Part shown: positions 59,573-64,000 of the stretch, one piece after another
Position numbering within the stretch: position 1 is the first letter of the stretch
How the letters are laid out: every line of letters starts with the position of its first letter
The notes under the pieces: generated by a model
Told to the model about the DNA's origin: nothing
What the model saw: the letters and a program-made list of their open reading frames with translations, nothing else
Databases searched by the model: none
Assembly (NCBI GenBank): GCA_036676495.1
Contig: JAKFCT010000014.1
Coordinates: 64,001 to 128,000, forward strand
DNA from: Candidatus Sericytochromatia bacterium
GTDB taxonomy: Bacteria > Cyanobacteriota > Sericytochromatia > S15B-MN24 > UBA4093
Length of the DNA stretch: 64,000 bases
Direction of reading: 5' to 3'
Translations under genes and position numbers: made by a program

Positions 59573-60901
59573 ATGGCCCACTGGTCCACGACCGCCACGT
59601 TCTATCACGTCTACCCCCTCGGAGCGCTGGGCGCTCCCGAGCGAAACGAGGGGGGGCCGACGGTTCCGCGCCTCGAGCGCATGCACGGCTGGCTGCCGCC
59701 CTTGAGGGAGCTCGGCATCGACGCCCTCTACCTGGGCCCCGTCTTCGAATCGACCGCCCACGGCTACGACACCGCCGATTACTTCAAGGTCGATCGCCGG
59801 CTCGGCGACCATGAGACCTTGGCCCGCTTCTGCGAGGCCGCCCGCGCGCAGGGCATGCGCGTGGTGCTGGACGCCGTCTTCCATCACGTGGGGCGGGACT
59901 TCTGGGCGTTCCGGGACGTCCTCGCGCGCGGGCAGGCCTCACCCTACGCCGGCTGGTTCCACCTCGACTTCAGCCGCCGTAGCCCTGCGGGCGATCCCTT
60001 TGCCTACGAGGGCTGGAACGGCCATTACGACCTGGTGAAGCTCGACACCCGCCACCCGGAGGTTCGCGAGCACCTCTTCGCGGCCGTGAGCGCCTGGGTC
60101 TCGGAGTTCGGGATCGACGGCCTGCGGCTCGACGCGGCGGACGTCCTGGATCGGGATTTCCAGCGCGCGCTCGCCGCCCATTGCCGGGCCCTGCGTCCGG
60201 ACTTCTGGCTCCTCGGCGAGGTGATCCACGGCGACTACCGCCGCTGGGTCGGGCCGGCCATGCTTGACGCCGTCACCAACTACGAGCTCTACAAGGGCCT
60301 CTACTCCAGCCACAACGACCGCAACTACCACGAGGTCGCCTACTCCTTGAACCGGCAGTTCGGCACGGAGGGGATCTACCGGGACATGGCGCTCTACACC
60401 TTTGCCGACAACCACGACGTGGATCGCGTCGCCAGCAAGCTCCACTGCGCCGCGCACCTCGTCCCCCTTTACGCCCTCTTGTTCACCGTGCCCGGCGTGC
60501 CGTCCCTCTACTACGGCAGCGAATGGGGCCTACCCGGCAAGAAGACCGGGCACTCCGATGCCCCGCTGCGGCCCGAATTCGATCCCACGGCGTGCTCGGG
60601 CCCGCGCGCGGATCTTCGGGGGGCGATCGCCCACCTGAGCCACCTGCGCCGCCAGCACCCGGCCCTCCGGCACGGGCGCTACCAGCAGCTTCACGTCACC
60701 TCCGAGCTCTTCGCCTTCCTGCGCGAATCCCCCGAGGAACGGATCGTCGTGGCCGTGAACGCCGCGGATCAGGCCGCCACGCTGCCCCTGAGCCTGCCCG
60801 GAGCCGGGCCCTGGACGGATCTGAGCGATCCGCAGACCCCGGTGAGCGCGGGCCACGTGACGGTCCCACCCTGCGGGTGGCGCATGCTGCGCGCCGGCTG
60901 A
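59573..60901 (+). CDS. GH13 alpha-amylase family (cyclomaltodextrinase/neopullulanase-like)
   Basis: HGYDT.DY, DAVFHH, DGLRLDAA, GEVIH, DNHD; AAGGAG RBS. Confidence 0.92.
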   Translation: MAHWSTTATFYHVYPLGALGAPERNEGGPTVPRLERMHGWLPPLRELGIDALYLGPVFESTAHGYDTADYFKVDRRLGDHETLARFCEAARAQGMRVVLDAVFHHVGRDFWAFRDVLARGQASPYAGWFHLDFSRRSPAGDPFAYEGWNGHYDLVKLDTRHPEVREHLFAAVSAWVSEFGIDGLRLDAADVLDRDFQRALAAHCRALRPDFWLLGEVIHGDYRRWVGPAMLDAVTNYELYKGLYSSHNDRNYHEVAYSLNRQFGTEGIYRDMALYTFADNHDVDRVASKLHCAAHLVPLYALLFTVPGVPSLYYGSEWGLPGKKTGHSDAPLRPEFDPTACSGPRADLRGAIAHLSHLRRQHPALRHGRYQQLHVTSELFAFLRESPEERIVVAVNAADQAATLPLSLPGAGPWTDLSDPQTPVSAGHVTVPPCGWRMLRAG

Positions 60902-61040
60902 GGCGCCCGGCGGCCGCATCGCCTGCGAAACGACGGAAATAGGGCATTTTTCCGTAGGAAGTACGGATGAGGCAAACCCGATCCGGGGGAATACTGCCAA
61001 GAGTCCCCATGGAGGCCGACAGGGGCGAGCGAGGAAAACC

Positions 61041-62627
61041 GTGACCGTCAATCCACTACCGACTTCCGACGTCCTCGAGGCCCGCCGCATGGTGGGCCTG
61101 CTGCACGAAGCCGCCTTCGCCTTCTCCCGGGCGACGCGCCGGATCACCGCCTGGAACACGTATGCGCAGGCGATCTTCGGGGTGAGCGAAGCCCAAGCCC
61201 TGGAGCTGGACGTCGAGGCGCTGCTGGTGCCGGAAGCGCCGTTCGAGGCGACCGGCGTGCTGGCTGGACCCATGCGGCTGGGGCTGCGTCGCCCGGACGG
61301 GGCGCTCGTCCCGGCGCAGCTCTCCTTCAGTCCGCTGGGGGAAAGCCCTGACGCCATGGTCCTGGCGATCGTCAGGATGGAAGAGCCTGCGCTCCAGGCC
61401 CGCGAGAACCTGTTTCGGAGCGTCTTCGAGCGGGCCGCGACGGGGATCGCCCTGACCGACCTGAAAGGTCACTTCCTCGAGTGCAACGAGGCCTTCCAGA
61501 GCCTGGTCGGCTTCAAGCAGCGCGAGCTGCGGCACCTGAGCTTCGACGCCCTCTCGCATCCCACGGATCGCGTCAAGGATTCCGCCGCCTTCCGAGATCT
61601 GCTCGAAGGGCGCCGGGACTTCTACGACGTCACGCAGCGCATGGTACACAAGGAGGGGAGCGTCATCTGGATCCATGCGACCCTCTCGCTCGTGAAGGAT
61701 GCCGCTGACCAGCCGCTCTACTGCATCGCCCTCGTCACCGACATCACCGAGGAGCGGCACGCGGCTCAACGGGCGGCCATACAGCTGACCATGACCAAGC
61801 TCCTGGCCGAGAACCCTCCGACCAACCTGGCCATCGTTCAGGTCATGCAGGCCATCTGCAAGACGCTCGACTGGCAATTCGGAGAGTACTGGACGGCGGA
61901 TGACGGCGACTTGACCTTGCGCCGGCAGGTCAGCTGGCAGGTCCCGGGTTTCGTGGCGACGGAGTTCACCATGATCGGGGAAGCCGTCACCATGAACGTG
62001 GGGGAAGGCCTTCCCGGCAAGGTCTGGCTCGAGCGAAGGCCCGCGTGGTTCTCGGACGTGCTGAGGGAGAGCAACTTCCTGCGCAAGCGCATGGCCGAGC
62101 AAGCAGGTATCAAGGGAGCGCTCGCGTTCCCGGTATCCAGCCCTACGGGGATGCTGGGCGTGATGGTCTTCGCCTACCGGGATTTCCGGCATCCCGACCA
62201 GAACCTTCTCGACATGATGGCCGAGTGCGGCGCCCAGCTCGGGCAGTTCATCGTGCGCAAGCAAGCCGAGAGACAGCTCAAGCTTCTCGGAGCCATCGTC
62301 CATTCCTCCGGAGAGGCCATCGTCGGAACGGATCTCCAAGGCACGATCACCAGCTGGAACCCGTCCGCGCAGCGGCTCTTCGGCTACACCGCCGAGGAGG
62401 CGGTGGGCAAATCCTGCGTCAGCCTCTTTCCCCCCGATCGCCTCGAGGCCTTGGTCGAGGCCATGGATCGGGTTCGCCAGGGGGGCCCGACGCCGCGCGT
62501 GGAGCTGGTGGCTCTGAGCAAGTTCGGAACCATGCACGAGGTCTGGGTGACCCCGTCCCGCATCACGGACGACGGCGGAGCGGCCGCCGGCTTCTCGATC
62601 ACGGTCTACGACGTGTCGAACCGCTAG
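61041..62627 (+). CDS. PAS-PAS-GAF-PAS sensor protein without an output domain
   Basis: PAS/PAC motifs (DITEER; DVSNR*), GAF (GEGLPGKVW, ALAFPV); stop follows the last PAC directly. Confidence 0.8.
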   Translation: MTVNPLPTSDVLEARRMVGLLHEAAFAFSRATRRITAWNTYAQAIFGVSEAQALELDVEALLVPEAPFEATGVLAGPMRLGLRRPDGALVPAQLSFSPLGESPDAMVLAIVRMEEPALQARENLFRSVFERAATGIALTDLKGHFLECNEAFQSLVGFKQRELRHLSFDALSHPTDRVKDSAAFRDLLEGRRDFYDVTQRMVHKEGSVIWIHATLSLVKDAADQPLYCIALVTDITEERHAAQRAAIQLTMTKLLAENPPTNLAIVQVMQAICKTLDWQFGEYWTADDGDLTLRRQVSWQVPGFVATEFTMIGEAVTMNVGEGLPGKVWLERRPAWFSDVLRESNFLRKRMAEQAGIKGALAFPVSSPTGMLGVMVFAYRDFRHPDQNLLDMMAECGAQLGQFIVRKQAERQLKLLGAIVHSSGEAIVGTDLQGTITSWNPSAQRLFGYTAEEAVGKSCVSLFPPDRLEALVEAMDRVRQGGPTPRVELVALSKFGTMHEVWVTPSRITDDGGAAAGFSITVYDVSNR

Positions 62628-62646
62628 CCCGAGGGCTAGCGGTTCG
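62617..62646. terminator. Bidirectional hairpin terminator
   Basis: cgaaccgctagccc-ga-gggctagcggttcg, containing the sensor gene stop codon. Confidence 0.7.
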
Positions 62647-62666
62647 CTTTGTCTGGGGCTTGAGAC

Positions 62667-63611
62667 TTAGGCTTCGACGGGAACCGGAGCCACTCCGAAG
62701 AGGATTTCGTCCACCATGTTGACCAGCTGCGGAAGGTCCGGCTTCCGGATCAGGTCGAGGGCTCCGAGTTTGAGGGCCTTGTCCCGGTTCGAGTCGTTGC
62801 CCAGCGAAGAGAACATGATGACCGGAAGTTCCTTGAGAACGTCCGTGGACTTGATCCGCGAGAGCAGGTGCAAGCCGTCCATCTTGGGCATCTCGATGTC
62901 GGAGATGACCAGATCGGGGAGCGTCCCGTCCTTGGCGCCCTCCTCGAGCATGGTCCACGCCACTTCGCCGTTCTCGGCCGACTTGACCTGGTAGCCCGCC
63001 GCCGAGAGGGTGCTGAGGATGATCCGGCGGATGGCGCTCGAATCCTCGACCACCCAGATCTGCTTCGACTCGCGCGAGAGGTCGGAGGCCGCGGCGGCGG
63101 CTTCGCCCTTGAGGCGGATGCCCGGGTTGATGTCCGCGATGATGGCCTCGAAGTCGAGCATCAGGAGGATCCGGTCGTCGATCTTGACCACCGAGGTCAG
63201 GCAATCCCCCAGGCTCAGCGCGATATCCGAGGGAGGCGGGACGACCTGCTCCCAGGAGAGACGGTGGATGCGGGTGATGGCGTCGACGATGAAGCCGTTC
63301 ACCACGCCGTTGAACTCCGTGACGATCACCCGCGACTTCTTGGTCACGGTGGTGGGGAGACCGAGCCATTTCGCGAGGTTGATCAGCGTGATGACCTGGC
63401 CCCGCAGGTTGATGGCCCCGGCCACGGCGGGATGCGTCATGGGGATCGTGAGGATCTCCGGCACCATGACGATCTCCTTGACCTTGGCGACGTTGATCCC
63501 GTAGTAGCCCATGTGGACCTGGCCCTCGCGGGTGGGGGTATTCAGCTGGAACTCCACCACCTCCAGCTCGTTGGTTCCTGCATCGAGCAGGATCCCGCCT
63601 TGGTAACTCAT
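62667..63611 (-). CDS. cheV: Chemotaxis protein CheV (CheW + receiver)
   Basis: GTNELE..F, YGINVAKVKEI, NLRG, VEDS, ISDIEMPKMDG, FSSL, K.D. Confidence 0.93.
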   Translation of the reverse strand: MSYQGGILLDAGTNELEVVEFQLNTPTREGQVHMGYYGINVAKVKEIVMVPEILTIPMTHPAVAGAINLRGQVITLINLAKWLGLPTTVTKKSRVIVTEFNGVVNGFIVDAITRIHRLSWEQVVPPPSDIALSLGDCLTSVVKIDDRILLMLDFEAIIADINPGIRLKGEAAAAASDLSRESKQIWVVEDSSAIRRIILSTLSAAGYQVKSAENGEVAWTMLEEGAKDGTLPDLVISDIEMPKMDGLHLLSRIKSTDVLKELPVIMFSSLGNDSNRDKALKLGALDLIRKPDLPQLVNMVDEILFGVAPVPVEA

Positions 63612-63805
63612 GTTGCCTCCTGGCCCGGTATGACGACGCGATACTGTTGACTCATACCACAAGGCCGAGGTCGCCTGCCAGCGAAGGAACTACGTAATTC
63701 TCCCGGATCGGTGTCACGGGGAGCGCGGGACCGGTCGAATCGCCTTGACAGTGCAGCATGGGAGGGTTAAGGTGGCGTTGGAGTTTGGTGATGGGAGGGC
63801 TGGCC

Positions 63806-64000
63806 ATGTTTGATCCGCGTCGGGCCTTGACCCCGCCGGCCTGGAGCAAGGTCCGCCCCCCGCAGCCGGCCCACGATTCCCGTTCCGAGAAGGGGCGCAT
63901 CCGCAGCCTCACCCACGGGAACCTCGCCTGGATCGATCTCTCCGATCCCACTCCCGAGAACATCGCCTACCTCGAGGAGAACTTCCCGTTCCACCCGCTG
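63806..64000 (+). CDS. corA: CorA family Mg/Co transporter, N-terminal part (runs off window)
   Basis: ATG 63806 with GGAGG RBS; ...LAWIDLSDPTPENIAYLEENFPFHPL matches the CorA WID..P...FHPL motif. Confidence 0.8.
   Translation, partial: MFDPRRALTPPAWSKVRPPQPAHDSRSEKGRIRSLTHGNLAWIDLSDPTPENIAYLEENFPFHPL

Overview
High-GC bacterial chromosomal window, almost fully coding (about 50 CDS and one tRNA-Arg(ACG)), with no CRISPR array, rRNA, transposase or integrase. The lysA-cdaA-(cdaR)-uppS synteny and an unsplit DnaE carrying the cyanobacterial EY|CFN extein junction suggest a non-photosynthetic relative of Cyanobacteria (inference). Housekeeping genes include holA, rpsT, dnaE and glnS. Accessory blocks: (i) a lux-like reductase operon without luciferase (GNAT, PaaK-like ligase, LuxE, LuxC::PaaK fusion, MFS, GAF kinase; 18.1-27.0 kb); (ii) a lower-GC islet after the tRNA encoding a YydG/EpeE-like radical SAM enzyme coupled to an NHLP/Nif11-leader-like precursor, a candidate new RiPP (30.9-32.5 kb); (iii) a TetR-linked pchC-X-F alkylphenol hydroxylase plus SDR; (iv) a complete reductive pyrimidine catabolism cluster; (v) chemotaxis and sensor genes. 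Non-coding signals include a dif-like 28-mer, nested AT-rich palindromes between convergent genes, paired TetR operators and probable leaderless promoters. All family calls come from reading motifs by eye; no database searches were run.
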